This document shows, in pieces, positions 62,691 to 64,000 of a stretch of DNA of 64,000 bases. The notes below the pieces were generated by a model. That model saw nothing but the letters and a program-made list of their open reading frames with translations. It did no database searches and was not told the DNA's origin. Made by a program: the position numbers and the translations under genes. The stretch lies in contig OZ249451.1 of NCBI GenBank assembly GCA_965235115.1, positions 12,214,001-12,278,000 on the forward strand, in the 5' to 3' direction. This DNA is from Laetmonice hystrix. Its lineage: Eukaryota. Each line of letters opens with the position of its first letter. Positions within the stretch are counted from its first letter, which is position 1.

Positions 62691-62885
62691 CGTTAGAGCA
62701 CCAAGTCCAGCGTTGGAACACCAAGTCTAACGTTGTAGAACCAATTCTGACGTTGGAGCACCAAGTCTAACGTTGGAGAACCAATTGTGACGTTGGAGCA
62801 CCAAGTCTAACGTTGGAGAACCAATTGTGACGTTGGAACACAAAGTCCAGCGTTGGAGTACTAAGGCTAACGTTGGAGCACCAAT
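62691..62885. repeat. 20-bp minisatellite x10 with partial 40-bp alternation
   Basis: CGTTGGAGCACCAAGTCTAA alternates with CGTTGGAGAACCAATTGTGA. Confidence 0.9.
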
Positions 62886-63031
62886 GCCTGAATGTACGAG
62901 TGTAAACGCGGTTTGGGCCCATTAGTTCTCTTACAGGACGTCATCAGCCGTGAACTCATGCAGTTATCAAAAATATCGTCACTTGTCAACCTACAGAGGG
63001 CGTGATGATCATCTGTGCCGTGTAAAACTAG

Positions 63032-64000
63032 AATCGAACTGGAAGCGAAATGCTGAAGTGGAAGGCTGAGGCCCGGGTGAACACTTCCAACCAGCCGTAC
63101 CAGCCAGGTGGGGGGAAAGTCAGAATTACTGACGAGAAACTGAACTGGCAGGTGGAGGCACGTATAAATGCGAACAATCCTGGGTACAAACCTTCAGGGG
63201 GAAACGTTCGCATTACAAATGAAACACTAACATGGAAGAGATTGCCTAAGATCGACGCCCAGAATGAAGGTTACGTACCTCAGGGTGGGAACATCACCAT
63301 TACGGATGACAAGGTAAAATGGAGGTCAGAGTCTAAGGTTAAATCAATGGAAAATCGATATTACCAACCGAAAGGTGGACAGGTTAAGATTCTAAGTAAT
63401 CTCGTGAAGTGGAACGCAGACCCCAGAGTTGGGTCGCTCCAAAATGTCACCTGGAAATCTGAAGGGGGTCGAAAAAAAATCCCAGCGGAAAAACTAAGCT
63501 GGAAGGCTGAGTCGAAAATAGGATCAAGGGACAACATTGGCCATGTGGCTAAAGGTGGAGCAGTGAAAATACGTGACGAAAAACTGATGTGGAATCAGGC
63601 GTCTAAAGTTGGATCCCTAGAAAATGTTTCTTGGGTTCCACCAGGTGGCGCCAAAACAATAGAAACGCGGAAGATAGACTGGAAAAGCGTCTCAAAGGTC
63701 GGATCAAAGGACAATATTGGTCATGTCCCGAGAGGAGGTGAAATAAAAATCAAAAGTGAAACGTTATCATGGAGGAAAAGCGCGAGGATTGGGTCACTTG
63801 AAAATGTGACTTGGAAATCTCCAGGTGGTCATAAAAGGATTGAAACTCGGAAACTTCTTTGGAATGTTGAGGCAAAAGTCAGATCAAGAGACAATATTAG
63901 GCACAGACCTCAAGGGGGCGATGTCAAGATAGAAAGTCAGAGACAGAGATGGCAGAGGAAGTCAAAAGTTGGATCTCTGGAAAATGTAGGGTGGAACCCT
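63032..64000 (+). CDS. Uninterrupted frame encoding at least 10 complete tau-like repeats plus a partial one (runs off window)
   Basis: 323 stop-free codons after TAG at 63029-63031, first ATG at 63050. Example repeats: VKIRDEKLMWNQASKVGSLENVSWVPPGGA and KTIETRKIDWKSVSKVGSKDNIGHVPRGGE. Absent from the ORF track because there is no stop in the window. Confidence 0.92.

Overview
Animal genomic DNA, intron-rich with GT-AG splicing and one assembly gap at about 25181-25344. The taxon cannot be fixed from sequence alone; the repeat landscape looks like an invertebrate bilaterian. All genes I can support are on the + strand. (1) Two tandem six-coding-exon glutamine synthetase II paralogs (989-3676 and 6063-8998), about 97.5% identical in coding sequence. 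Copy 1 replaces the conserved GPYYCG active-site loop with GRYHSA and has a new C-terminus. (2) An intronless alpha-1,3-fucosyltransferase (GT10) CDS at 11748-12890. (3) A TTAA-flanked Kolobok-like DNA element containing a 5'-truncated LINE, followed by about 20 kb of repeat-rich, apparently non-coding sequence. (4) A very large tau/MAP2/MAP4-family gene from about 34258 to the window end. It has an acidic/Pro-rich projection exon carrying clathrin/EH-type endocytic motifs, then ten one-repeat exons. A further open frame at 63032-64000 is missing from the ORF track because it runs off the end; it encodes at least ten more tubulin-binding repeats with an alternating 60-aa higher-order pattern. 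That gives 21 or more repeats against 3-5 in characterised family members. Exon structures were derived by hand from splice signals and reading phase, not from transcript data.
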